Source of the DNA: an uncultured Candidatus Saccharibacteria bacterium
GTDB taxonomy: Bacteria; Patescibacteriota; UBA1384; DTJR01
Assembly (NCBI GenBank): GCA_964487045.1
Contig: CAZAOT010000003.1
Span: 72,983 to 136,982, forward strand
Direction of reading: 5' to 3'
DNA length: 64,000 bases
The notes below the pieces were generated by a model, which saw only the letters and a program-made list of their open reading frames with translations, did no database searches and was not told the DNA's origin. The translations under genes and the position numbers were made by a program. This document shows, one piece after another, positions 1 to 8,953 of the stretch. How positions within the stretch are numbered: position 1 is the stretch's first letter; each line of letters opens with the position of its first letter.

Positions 1-1010
1 ATTCAATTCCCCAAAAAATTTAAGCTCGTAAGGTATTTCAATCACAAAAGCGAGGAATAATTTTGTAAGTAAAATGAAAAAGATACCCCTGACAACCCCG
101 CGAAGCACTTTCTTGCGAATATTATCATTTCTTCTTGTTATCTCAGAGCGGACAAGAGCATTAAATCCATCTTTAGAGTTTAAGTTGTGCTCAAAATTGC
201 TAGTTCCGCGATGAATCGACTCGTAGATTATATTAAAAGCAGGCGAGGTCTTCTTGATATATTTATTAATCGGGGACTTCTTGTTGTAAATGATTTGCTT
301 TTCTACTTGCTCAAAATAACTTGGAAAATTCACTATAAACTCTTGACCTTCATTTTTCGGAACTTTCGGCCAAGACTTATAGTATCTAGAGAGGAGTTTA
401 TAGCGAAGCTGTTCCCAATCTTCTTTTACAATTACTTTTCTAATAGATATTTCGATTTGTATATCAACCAAATCCTCGGGCAATTCTTCGGAAAGATTAA
501 TATTTTGCGAATATATCTGCTTGCAGAAGGTCATATATTCATCTCTCTCGTCTGAATTGGAGAGCAGCTCTTCGATTTCGCAAGCAGCGAAGCTAACAAA
601 AAGGTCGGTAGAGGCTGTTTTAGAAAGATTGAGTTTGGCGTTTTCTCTAAAATAAGTATATTTGCGCAAGATACTGTCGATTTCTTCTGCTAAAGAGATC
701 GGTATAGTTTCGTTTTCGAAATATTTTGCCCAGACTAGCTCCTTGAGAAGAGCCAAGCCATTGCCTTGAGCGCCTAGATAGGTGCGTCTTTTGAGAATTC
801 GCTTTATCGCGTTTTTCAAAAATAAGTGCTCGTCTTGATATTCAATAGCATTTCGAAGTTTTTCGTAGTAAAAGGCCGCTTGGCCGACTGATTCATTTAC
901 TTTAATCTTTGCTTCTTGAGAGTCTTTATACTTAAGTGTCTTTTTTCCCTTGATGGCAGCTATAGTTTTTTGTAGATGGGCGTTCACCCCGTTAGAGAAA
1001 ATATTATTCA
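1..1010 (-). CDS. Hypothetical protein, 3'-truncated by the window edge (start ATG at 1010, reads off position 1); C-terminal TM helix; the plus-strand ORF 187..555 is its antisense shadow
   Basis: Open minus-strand frame with no stops from 1010 to 1; it begins MNNIFSNGVNAHLQK...; low GC matches the backbone. Confidence 0.5.
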
Positions 1011-1204
1011 TAAGTTTTTTTGATTTATTTATTTTGTATTATATTTGCTGACTTCTCTAACGGGGTTCATTGTTCTATTATTCGCCCCGTTAGAGATTGC
1101 GCAATCATTTTTCCTAACCTTTTGCTATCTTTATAAGATAGGCTTTATAATATGACTATTGGTTTGGTTTTTACGAAAGCTATGCTTTCTATCTCTAACG
1201 GGGT
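985..1204. repeat. Four copies of the 12-mer TCTCTAACGGGG / CCCCGTTAGAGA in the divergent intergenic region, at 987-998(rc), 1056-1067, 1085-1096(rc) and 1192-1203; the middle pair forms a 12-bp inverted repeat with a 17-nt spacer
   Basis: Direct reading; motif 1 overlaps codons 4-8 of the minus gene, and motif 4 lies just upstream of the ATG at 1211. Confidence 0.7.
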
Positions 1205-1210
1205 TAAATT

Positions 1211-1747
1211 ATGCTTATTCTATTAATTATTTTAGATTTATTTTGGTCGGGGGCAGCTTGGGTATATGACATGAGCAAACTCATAACACTCTCGCCCTTA
1301 ATTTGGCCGTTTGTGGCAGTCTGCCCGGTCTTTCCGCTTCTACTAGCCCTTGTTCTCCTGCAATTGTATCGCAAAAAATCCCCAAATCAATTTTTACTAG
1401 CTTTTGCGGCAGTTGGGAGTGTCATTTATGGATTGATAGCAATCCTGTTTTATCCAGTTGCAATGATATATCAAGGATTTTCTTGGAATGGTCTTGGGCA
1501 AATATTTTGGGTACTGGTTTATGGCGTGCAAGGAGCTTGGCTGATAAAAAAATACAAAATTAAAAAATTGCCTCTGTACACCTCTACTATTTTTTTTGGA
1601 GTGCAGATAATAGTGATAGATCTCTGGCAGAAAAGCTTTGGTTATTTCGATTTTTCAAATATTCCCTTTTTGATCTTAATTCTTGTAGTAATCTTAAGTT
1701 TTCTATTTTTTTCTATACTCCTTGATGTTTTAATGAGAAAGTGCTAA
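1211..1747 (+). CDS. Polytopic membrane protein, function unknown
   Basis: 178 aa, several hydrophobic helices, backbone composition. Confidence 0.5.
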   Translation: MLILLIILDLFWSGAAWVYDMSKLITLSPLIWPFVAVCPVFPLLLALVLLQLYRKKSPNQFLLAFAAVGSVIYGLIAILFYPVAMIYQGFSWNGLGQIFWVLVYGVQGAWLIKKYKIKKLPLYTSTIFFGVQIIVIDLWQKSFGYFDFSNIPFLILILVVILSFLFFSILLDVLMRKC

Positions 1748-1787
1748 AATTCCCACAGCGATATTATTCTGATTGCGGAGGCCTACT

Positions 1788-2111
1788 ATGTCCGACCTTT
1801 CTGCTGTCGCTAGTCGTGTTGTTGGGGGTGTTCTTCTGACTCGGACTCCAGGCAATATCTTGCGCTGGGGGGCATTCCGGGTCGTAAATGCTACGACCAA
1901 CCCGGTTGGGTCGTTGCAGTTGGAGATTGAAGCAGTAGAGCCCCCTTTCAAGCAGTTTGAAGGGCGCTCGGTGGCGAAGGGGGTTTACGGCATGGGGCGG
2001 ATGTTCCGAAACCGAGGCAATCCGCCCAAGTATGACGGGAAGATAATTCGGCTGGAGGATCCTCTGCTGATCGCTGGCTATGATCCGGCGCCGATGATCT
2101 TTCTGATCTAG
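1788..2111 (+). CDS. Hypothetical protein on GC-rich foreign-composition cassette a (ATG at 1788 after RBS GCGGAGG; the track start at 1773 is TTG)
   Basis: Abrupt GC jump at ~1750; promoter-like TTGATG-N17-TAAAAT at 1725-1753; strong hairpin terminator follows. Confidence 0.45.
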   Translation: MSDLSAVASRVVGGVLLTRTPGNILRWGAFRVVNATTNPVGSLQLEIEAVEPPFKQFEGRSVAKGVYGMGRMFRNRGNPPKYDGKIIRLEDPLLIAGYDPAPMIFLI

Positions 2112-2132
2112 GGCAGCACCCGCTGACCTACA

Positions 2133-2170
2133 AAGGGGCATCCGCACTCACGTGTGGATGCCCCTTTCTC
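2133..2170. terminator. GC-rich hairpin (AAAGGGGCATCCGCAC..GTGTGGATGCCCCTTT), probably a bidirectional intrinsic terminator for 1788..2111(+) and 2186..2509(-)
   Basis: 15-bp near-perfect stem, 4-nt loop, T-run on the plus side. Confidence 0.6.
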
Positions 2171-2185
2171 TTTATCTTCTAGTAT

Positions 2186-2509
2186 TTACTTCTTTGCGGC
2201 TTTTTTGACTTTGTCGTAGCCTTCTTCTAGCTCTGCCTGAATCTCTTTAGCTTGTTTAATGGTAATTTTCTTACCTTTTTCGTATGTTCCTACTACTTTC
2301 TTGACCGCGTCCTTGTAAGTGTCCTTGGTAAAATCTCCAGCTTTTTCAAGCTCAGCAGCGATTTTATCTTTCATTTCCTCTAGATAGTTAGCGATATCAG
2401 CTCGAGTCTCTTTGCCCGACTTTGGAGCAAACAAAATACCGGCGACTGCTCCGGCCAATGCGCCAACTGCTAGTCCTACTCCTACACCCTTCATCGTTTT
2501 CTTGTCCAT
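2186..2509 (-). CDS. YtxH-family protein (N-terminal TM helix, APKSGKETR motif, C-terminal KE-rich coiled region)
   Basis: Motif FAPKSGKETRADI is characteristic of the YtxH/DUF948-type general stress family. Confidence 0.6.
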   Translation of the reverse strand: MDKKTMKGVGVGLAVGALAGAVAGILFAPKSGKETRADIANYLEEMKDKIAAELEKAGDFTKDTYKDAVKKVVGTYEKGKKITIKQAKEIQAELEEGYDKVKKAAKK

Positions 2510-2583
2510 CGTTTCCTTTCGTTAATTGATTTGATTATAGCACAATAGTCAAAGGCCGCCTCGTTTATGAAAACTCGGCGGCC

Positions 2584-3657
2584 CTAGGATTTGCCCCAAT
2601 CGAGATCGGGGTCTTCGAGGTCGAATGATCGTCCGCGGATGAATGGATAGATGCGGGTGATCGAGAGGTTGAGGTGCTCAATGGTTTCACGGCTGAGGAT
2701 TGGCTTGGGCTTGTTGCGAAGTGCCCCGAACAACCGATGGACTTCATAGTCATTCATCTGCAGCAGCAGAAGCGTTGGATTGGCGTCTTGGAAATGCTCA
2801 GAAGACGAGATGAACTCATAACAGCGTTCAAGCTCGCTGGCAAACGGCTTGCGATTAGCGTTGAGCGGTACGTAACAGTTAGCGTACATCCAATCGCGTA
2901 GTCGCCAGAATTCCTTGGCTTCGTCGCTCTTAGAGAAACTGATCCGACCTACCGATGCCGATTCCCTTACCAGGGCATTTGCGAAGTTGAGCAGCCTCTC
3001 TTCCTTGGTTCGTCCGAAGCACATCGCTTGATGGTCGGCCTCTTCGAAGCCTGCTCCGATCCGCAAACCATCCTCGATGTCAGAGAACATGTAGATTTTG
3101 TCTACGATGTTCACCAGGCGAAACTCCTGAGGAAGCCATATGTACTTCTGCCGAGAAGTGCCTGAGTGGTGGTAGATTCCAAGCAGAGTTTCATAGGCCA
3201 GGTCGAGACCTTTGCCCGAGTGTTCAATTCTCTGTAGGTTCAGGCAGGCGATAATGCGGTGGTCGATCGTCAAACCACACAGCTTCGAGATTGTCTCCTC
3301 TCCAAAATGACCGAAGGGTGCGTGGCCGGTGTCATGCCCTAGCCCAACCGCTTCTGTCAAGTACTCATTTAGCTTGAGGAACCAGGCTATGAGCTTAGCG
3401 AGACTTGCAACCTCCATGATGTGAAGCAGTCGATCATTACTGGTCGATTCTTCTCTTCCGATGAAGACTTGGGTCGTTCCATGCTTGCGAAACAGGGACT
3501 CGCTATTGCCGACCCAGTAAGCATCCTCAATGAAGCCTCGCTTACCGGTTGGTCTCCTTCGCCCTCCCTCTTTCTTTGGTCGTCGTCCGCGACTCATCTC
3601 TTCTTGGAACCGTAGGTGCGCCAAGCACCCACGATATCTCTTGTCGAGGTTTAACAC
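2584..3657 (-). CDS. HD-domain phosphohydrolase, dGTP triphosphohydrolase-like (GTG start at 3657 after AAGGAGG); GC-rich cassette b
   Basis: Motif LGHDTGHAPFGHFGEE preceded by HIMEVASLAKLIA (dGTPase-like HD signature); promoter-like TTGAAT-N17-TACAAT upstream (minus) at ~3675-3705; GGCCGCC hairpin downstream at ~2530-2575. Confidence 0.6.
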   Translation of the reverse strand: MLNLDKRYRGCLAHLRFQEEMSRGRRPKKEGGRRRPTGKRGFIEDAYWVGNSESLFRKHGTTQVFIGREESTSNDRLLHIMEVASLAKLIAWFLKLNEYLTEAVGLGHDTGHAPFGHFGEETISKLCGLTIDHRIIACLNLQRIEHSGKGLDLAYETLLGIYHHSGTSRQKYIWLPQEFRLVNIVDKIYMFSDIEDGLRIGAGFEEADHQAMCFGRTKEERLLNFANALVRESASVGRISFSKSDEAKEFWRLRDWMYANCYVPLNANRKPFASELERCYEFISSSEHFQDANPTLLLLQMNDYEVHRLFGALRNKPKPILSRETIEHLNLSITRIYPFIRGRSFDLEDPDLDWGKS

Positions 3658-3728
3658 TAGGACGCACCTCCTTATCGTGGGCTGCCTAGGATTGTAGAGA
3701 ACTTATATTCTTAATTCAAGACCAAGTA

Positions 3729-4154
3729 TTATGAAGCGTCTTCTTTCGTTTCAACGTATCTGCCAAGATCATCACGATCTTCAGCCTTGGCGCCCTTTGG
3801 CAATAGTTTTACTGAAATTTTAAATTTTCGAGTCGAGCCGTCTTGATCGGTGATCATGTCAGTTTTCTTTTCATTATAAAAATCCATCAACTCGACCGAG
3901 AGAATATCTCTTAGGGTCTTTATCTCATCCAGGTTTTCCCTAATGTCTTCGGCGAGCTTGGCATTTCCTTCTTGATTAAAAATTGCATCTCTGACTTCTT
4001 TGCGTTTTTTTGCAGCCGATTTTGCCTCCTCGGCAATTTGAGTGTAGGAGGCATCATTTTCAAGGGCGGAGCGAAGTAGCTCTTTAGCTTTTTTATTTTC
4101 TTCTTCTAGTTTTTCAATAATTCCGATTCTTTCTTTGATGACCGATAAATCCAT
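3729..4154 (-). CDS. Hypothetical KE-rich protein (likely start MDLSV at 4154, RBS GGAGG 5 nt upstream)
   Basis: ORF; the internal ATG has a good SD; the upstream part of the track ORF overlaps a GC-rich palindrome. Confidence 0.4.
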   Translation of the reverse strand: MDLSVIKERIGIIEKLEEENKKAKELLRSALENDASYTQIAEEAKSAAKKRKEVRDAIFNQEGNAKLAEDIRENLDEIKTLRDILSVELMDFYNEKKTDMITDQDGSTRKFKISVKLLPKGAKAEDRDDLGRYVETKEDAS

Positions 4155-4175
4155 AATTGCCTCCGCTCCTTGTCC

Positions 4176-4197
4176 AGCCCTTCGCGAAGGGCTGGAC
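4176..4197. promoter_or_regulatory. Perfect 22-bp GC-rich palindrome CCAGCCCTTCGCGAAGGGCTGG, 20 nt upstream of the 4154 start; candidate operator
   Basis: Direct reading; no flanking T-run, so not a canonical terminator. Confidence 0.4.
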
Positions 4198-4326
4198 CGG
4201 AAGTCCACCTGGAGCGAAATCTATTTGCAGATTTCTTAAATTAAGAATACTGCAAGAGATTATGCGAAGGTGGACACGCTTATTTTTTACCTTAAGATTG
4301 TAACACTATTTTCTTTACGCCAAAAA

Positions 4327-4932
4327 TTATTTTTCTTTTTCTGGCTTTTCGTGTTCCTGATAGTCGATTGGTCTTGAAAGGTCGATTTCTTTCTTGTCTT
4401 CTTCGATCAACTTAATTACTTTTTCAATTAATTTTTTGGGATCATCGTCATAGACAATTTTGGGGTTTGGCCGACCGCATTCCTGAACTATCTCATTGAT
4501 TTCTTCGGCAATTCCCCCGGTACCAGTGAGGATTCCAATCGGTTTATGATCTTCAAAAGCAATCGTAAATTCGTTTAGAGTTCCGATTCTTCCACAGACC
4601 GTTATAACCGCATCAGCTGATCTGATCAGAAGAAGGTTTCTTCCTGAATAGCCAAAGCCGGTGTAAATAATGATATCGAACTCTTCAGTCGGTAATTTAT
4701 ATTTTTTAACATGTTCAAGCTCACTTGAAGCAGGTGAGATCCCGATCGAAAAACCTTCCTTAAGCGACTTACATCCCTTGGCAGCCCAGAGCGGTGCTCC
4801 AATTGTAGCTCCAGTTACCAGCACTCCTTCTTGACGAACGATCTCGCGACCTAGTTCTGTAGTCATCTCTTCAGCTTCCGGCGAGCAAGTTCCGGTTACT
4901 GCTGAACCTGATACACAAATTTTATACTTCAT
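4327..4932 (-). CDS. TIGR00725/LOG-like (SLOG) Rossmann-fold nucleotide-binding protein
   Basis: GxGxxG-like N-terminus, motifs GYSGRNLLLIRSADAVITVCGRIGTLNE typical of the LOG/DprA-related family. Confidence 0.45.
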   Translation of the reverse strand: MKYKICVSGSAVTGTCSPEAEEMTTELGREIVRQEGVLVTGATIGAPLWAAKGCKSLKEGFSIGISPASSELEHVKKYKLPTEEFDIIIYTGFGYSGRNLLLIRSADAVITVCGRIGTLNEFTIAFEDHKPIGILTGTGGIAEEINEIVQECGRPNPKIVYDDDPKKLIEKVIKLIEEDKKEIDLSRPIDYQEHEKPEKEK

Positions 4933-6298
4933 TGTTCTCCTTTGATTCGCCCGAAAATTCGATCGATTCAGAATTCTTGGGGATATCTATTTCAATATTC
5001 ATCGTTTCTTTAATTTTGGCCATTAAAGCCTCTTTAGCTTCAGGCTCGCCGTGAACTAGAACGATTTTCTTAACATTTTTAATCTGCGAGACCCACTCGA
5101 CAAGTTTTGGTTGGTCAGCATGCGCGGAGTATGATTGTATCGGGATGATTTTTGCTTTGGAGAAAATTTCACTGCCTCTTATTTTAACTTCCTTATCTCC
5201 GTCAAGCAATCTTCGCCCAAGAGTGCCTTTTACCTGATAACCGACGATCAAAAGCGTTGTATTTTCCTTTGGCAAAAATGCTTTTTCGTGCCATTGAATT
5301 CTACCGCCATTCGACATTCCTGAGCCAGCAATGATGATTTTGGTCGATTCGTCCTTATCTAACTTCATTGAATCTTCGCTTTCTTCAATCATCTTTAGAC
5401 CTTTAAACTCGAAGAAGTCGTCGCCTGATTTTAAAAGGGCCGTAGCTTCGGCATTATAATACTGAGGATATTTAGCGTAAACTTCAGTCGCCTTAATCGC
5501 CAGCGGACTATCAAGATAAACAGGTATAAATGGAATGCTTCCGCCTTCAACTAGGCCGTTTAGTTCATATAGGATCTCTTGAGTTCTTTCCATTGCAAAT
5601 GATGGCATTAGAATAGTTCCATTTTCGCTAATCGAGTCTTTGATAATCTTCGTGAGCTGCTCTTTACGTTTTTCCATCGGTTCATGTTCTCGATCGCCAT
5701 AGGTCGATTCCATAATTACTAAGTCTGCTGATTCAATAAATTCAGTTTTCTTAAGCAGGGGAACTGGAGGATTGCCGAGATCACCCGAAAAAATAATTGT
5801 TTTTCCTTCTGCCTGGATTTTGACAATTGCTGATCCAAGAATATGACCCGCATCATAAAATTCGACTTCCACGCCTTCAATAGGTGAGAATTTCTCGTGA
5901 TAATTTTTTTCTTCAATTAAGGCAACTGTTTTAGCGACATCATCTAGATCATATAATGGTTGTTTATTAACGTACTCGGCTTCATTTTCCATTAAGTGGC
6001 ATGAGTCTTCGAGGAAAATTTTGGCAAATTCTTGAGTTGGCCCAGTAGCATAAATTTTTCCGCCAAATCCCATTTTTACCAGGTGTGGTGTTCGACCAAT
6101 GTGGTCAATGTGAGAGTGGGTCATGATCATCGCACCGACGTCTGCTGGGTTATAGGGGAACTCCTGCCAGTTTAAGACTGTTTCATCGTCCCCACCTTGA
6201 AACAGACCGCAGTCGATAATCAGTTTGCCAGCGCTAGTTTCAAGTAGATAATTTGATCCTGTCACACCTTCGGTAGCTCCACAGAATGTAATTTTCAT
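4922..6298 (-). CDS. Metallo-beta-lactamase fold beta-CASP family hydrolase, likely RNA-metabolising (RNase J/CPSF-like)
   Basis: THSHIDHIG (HxHxDH) motif, beta-CASP-type C-terminal region, 458 aa. Confidence 0.6.
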   Translation of the reverse strand: MKITFCGATEGVTGSNYLLETSAGKLIIDCGLFQGGDDETVLNWQEFPYNPADVGAMIMTHSHIDHIGRTPHLVKMGFGGKIYATGPTQEFAKIFLEDSCHLMENEAEYVNKQPLYDLDDVAKTVALIEEKNYHEKFSPIEGVEVEFYDAGHILGSAIVKIQAEGKTIIFSGDLGNPPVPLLKKTEFIESADLVIMESTYGDREHEPMEKRKEQLTKIIKDSISENGTILMPSFAMERTQEILYELNGLVEGGSIPFIPVYLDSPLAIKATEVYAKYPQYYNAEATALLKSGDDFFEFKGLKMIEESEDSMKLDKDESTKIIIAGSGMSNGGRIQWHEKAFLPKENTTLLIVGYQVKGTLGRRLLDGDKEVKIRGSEIFSKAKIIPIQSYSAHADQPKLVEWVSQIKNVKKIVLVHGEPEAKEALMAKIKETMNIEIDIPKNSESIEFSGESKENNEV

Positions 6299-6990
6299 TC
6301 GTTGCTCCCTGCTTTATCTTTTTCTTCTTCCGTCTCAATCCCTATGATCTTGAGCGCCGAGCTTGTTCCAATTCGAGTGGCGCCTGCTTCAATCATACCC
6401 TTAGCCTCTTCGAATGTATGGATTCCGCCCGATGCTTTGACCTTTACCTCGTCCCCCACAGAAGCACGCATCGTCTTAATATCATCGATGGTCGATGGTC
6501 TTGGGCCGTAGCCAGTCGATGATTTCACAAATGCTGCTCCTGCTTTCTCGGCTCTCTTGCATGCTTCGGTTAGCTCTTCTTCTGTTAGAAAGCCAACTTC
6601 CATAATAACTTTGAGGCCAATTGGCTGAATCGCTGTTGCGATTTCCCTGATTTCTTCTTCGATAAAATCAAATTTCTTCTCTTTAATTGCTCCAATGTTA
6701 ACAACCATATCAATCTCGGTTGCGCCATCTTCTACAGCGAGCTTGGCTTCGGCTACTTTAATTTCGGTTTTTGAAATACCAAATGGAAAGCCAATTACAC
6801 TAATTACTTCAATATCGGCTCCTTCGAGATATTCTTTTGCGGCTGCTACGCGGTAGGTAGTGACGCAAACACTATGAAAACCATATTCCTTAGCTTCAGA
6901 GCAAAGCTTTTTGATGTCTTCATTTGTAGCATCTGCTTTGACACAAGTGTGGTCAATATAAGAAACGATATTTTCTTTTGTAATATTCAT
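6295..6990 (-). CDS. deoC: Deoxyribose-phosphate aldolase
   Basis: N-terminal YIDHT..KADAT and the KxSTGY region typical of DeoC; 231 aa. Confidence 0.8.
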   Translation of the reverse strand: MNITKENIVSYIDHTCVKADATNEDIKKLCSEAKEYGFHSVCVTTYRVAAAKEYLEGADIEVISVIGFPFGISKTEIKVAEAKLAVEDGATEIDMVVNIGAIKEKKFDFIEEEIREIATAIQPIGLKVIMEVGFLTEEELTEACKRAEKAGAAFVKSSTGYGPRPSTIDDIKTMRASVGDEVKVKASGGIHTFEEAKGMIEAGATRIGTSSALKIIGIETEEEKDKAGSNE

Positions 6991-7130
6991 TAAATCTCCT
7001 CAAGTTTAGGTCCTTCGATTCCTGCCCCTCTACCTGACGCACTGCAATAACAGGACGGAGTCAGTTTTGCAGTAAGGAATGGTGTGGGGTGGTCAATATA
7101 TTTTCTAATTGATTGTTGATCTAGTTCCAT
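6988..7130 (-). CDS. Orphan leader ORF of 46 aa: displaced deoC-like N-terminus (MELDQQSIRKYIDH) fused in frame to the repeat-encoded peptide PTPFLTAKLTPSCYCSASGRGAG...; its stop overlaps the deoC ATG (TAATG)
   Basis: Strong SD AAGGAGGG 3 nt before the ATG at 7130; frame read directly. Confidence 0.45.
7022..7089. repeat. Copy B (reverse orientation) of a ~68-bp structured repeat, about 89% identical to 13989..14056
   Basis: The reverse complement reads CCCCACACCATTCCTTACTGCAAAACTGACTCCGTCCTGTTATTGCAGTGCGTCAGGTAGAGGGGCAGG; flanked by the 12-bp direct repeat TATATTGACCAC at 7089-7100 and 6949-6960 (minus sense). Confidence 0.8.
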
Positions 7131-7245
7131 TTTCCCTCCTTATAACGATACAAATGCATTATAACATAATAACTTAAGTGTAAATGAAAAGAGAAAGGGC
7201 CGCCGTGTCGAATGACATGGCGGCCCTGGTTGTGCAGTGAGAGCT

Positions 7246-7968
7246 CTAGCTTGGTAGCTGAAGCGGAGTTAGATACTCAGCAGCTCTGGGAGTCGCCTTG
7301 ATGTCAGCTTTGTATCCATAGGTTCTCGCTGTCTCCAGATCCCAAGCGTAACTACCAGCGGGCTGAGTGGGCCTTGCGATGATTCGCGGGTCAAACCCTA
7401 TCTCATTTCCGGTCGTTGCCCAGTCGATATATGGGTTGATGTCAACTTCATACCGGAAAGGATCGGTCCGATCGCCGGCAGCAAGTGTAGCCAGCTCATC
7501 TAGACGATCGTCTGGCCAGTAAACCTTGCTTGTTGTCTGGCGGTTTTCGATCTCGACCCATTCATCGCCAACTGAGATGACTTCCGCTTCGTCGAAATGG
7601 ACAAATGCCTCTTGCGGAATCTCAATCTCCGGAAACATCAACTCCTCGGGACAGAGCTGTTCGAAGAAGGTCGTGCCAAGTAGCGTTATGCTGTCATCCC
7701 CACGTGGGATGACAAAGTAGGGCTGGTTTTCGTATGCGCCCCACTTCTGGCCAGGCCAGAGATAGCCAAGCGCCCAATCACCGTCTTTTTGCTGATAGAC
7801 GAGCCATGCCGCGCCGCTTCGAACTTCCCACGCTACTGAGCAAAAGTTGTGAAAAGCTGGTTCGGCTGGCCGCTCCGGTGATATCCTTAGCAGGAAAGAG
7901 CAGCACATGTCGGCTTTGTACATGAACGAGTCGATGATCCTTGGCCTAAACTGAAGCCGGTTTGGCAT
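7246..7968 (-). CDS. Hypothetical protein on GC-rich cassette c (ATG at 7968 after AAGGAGG-N5)
   Basis: GC-rich ORF; promoter-like TTGACT-N17-TACTAT upstream (minus) at ~8020-8050; hairpin AGGGCCGCC..GGCGGCCCT plus T-run downstream at ~7195-7240. Confidence 0.45.
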   Translation of the reverse strand: MPNRLQFRPRIIDSFMYKADMCCSFLLRISPERPAEPAFHNFCSVAWEVRSGAAWLVYQQKDGDWALGYLWPGQKWGAYENQPYFVIPRGDDSITLLGTTFFEQLCPEELMFPEIEIPQEAFVHFDEAEVISVGDEWVEIENRQTTSKVYWPDDRLDELATLAAGDRTDPFRYEVDINPYIDWATTGNEIGFDPRIIARPTQPAGSYAWDLETARTYGYKADIKATPRAAEYLTPLQLPS

Positions 7969-8059
7969 GTCTGCCTCCTTTTGTTCTTTCAAATGCTACA
8001 GGGTTGCATAAAGCTTGCCACTTTGCAGATAGTAAACGGGTCTTCTTATCTAGTCAAGA

Positions 8060-8581
8060 TTATTTATAAATATAGATCTTCGGAGAAGTATTCTTTTTTA
8101 ATGGTTTGCGCCCTGTGAAATTAAAGGTTAGGGACACAACGGAAGCATTTCGCTTTAAATTTTTAAAAATAATAGGTTCAATCTTAGCTAAGAGTTTTTC
8201 AAGTAGATAGACATAAATCAAATCAGCTTTGTTTATTAGGTTTTCGTATTTTAATATATTGCCGTAATAAATTTTAATATTTTTGGTTTGATGGTGAAGC
8301 GCAACATTTAATTTGGCGAGTATGAAATAGAAAGGGGAGATTTCGATGCCGATACCTTTTGCTCCAAACTCTTTGGCAGCAATAATCAAGCTTCGCGCAT
8401 TGCCACAGCCGAGATCGATGACCACTTGTCCAGATTTTAAGTAGGCCATCTCAAAAGCCTTTTTAATAATTTTTTCTTTAGCGTAAACCGTCGGTGCACC
8501 TGAAAAGGCGGAGATTAACAGAGAAATTTGCCAAATAAGTGCGATCAAAGCTAGAGTGATAAATAATATAGAAATAGTCAT
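8060..8581 (-). CDS. Class I SAM-dependent methyltransferase with an N-terminal TM helix
   Basis: Motif VIDLGCGNARSLIIAA (SAM-binding motif I); backbone composition. Confidence 0.55.
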   Translation of the reverse strand: MTISILFITLALIALIWQISLLISAFSGAPTVYAKEKIIKKAFEMAYLKSGQVVIDLGCGNARSLIIAAKEFGAKGIGIEISPFYFILAKLNVALHHQTKNIKIYYGNILKYENLINKADLIYVYLLEKLLAKIEPIIFKNLKRNASVVSLTFNFTGRKPLKKNTSPKIYIYK

Positions 8582-8678
8582 ATTTATCTAAGATTAACAT
8601 TTTGTTTCATAAATAAAAAAGAAAGCCCGGGCGCTCCACTGGGGAGGGCTCGGGCTTGATGAGGCGTGGTAGCGGGTG

Positions 8679-8939
8679 CTACCGGAGGTTTCGGCGCTGA
8701 TCCGCGGTGGGGTTCTTGCCCACGTTTGAGTTGCCGACCGTCCGCTTTCGCACGATCCAGTCGGCAAGGAGCACGAAGGCGCTGATCGTGGCAGTGATGG
8801 CAGTCATGTAGAGCGTCGGCTTGCTCTTAAACATGATGCCAAAAGCGATGAAAAGCGGGGTAGTGGGGAAGAGGAAGAATTTGAACAATCTCCTCTTTCC
8901 CTTGGTGAGAAAAGACTTCGGCTTGAGTGACTTCATCAT
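8679..8939 (-). CDS. Small 2-TM membrane protein on GC-rich cassette d1
   Basis: 86 aa, two hydrophobic segments; a terminator hairpin follows on the minus strand at ~8600-8640. Confidence 0.4.
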   Translation of the reverse strand: MMKSLKPKSFLTKGKRRLFKFFLFPTTPLFIAFGIMFKSKPTLYMTAITATISAFVLLADWIVRKRTVGNSNVGKNPTADQRRNLR

Positions 8940-8953
8940 AGTCCTCCCTGTTT

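Noticed and set aside
187-555. Plus-strand ORF of 122 aa
   Set aside because: It lies antisense inside a longer uninterrupted minus-strand frame (1..1010) that has a proper start context, and it is a low-complexity I/L/F-rich translation of AT-rich DNA.
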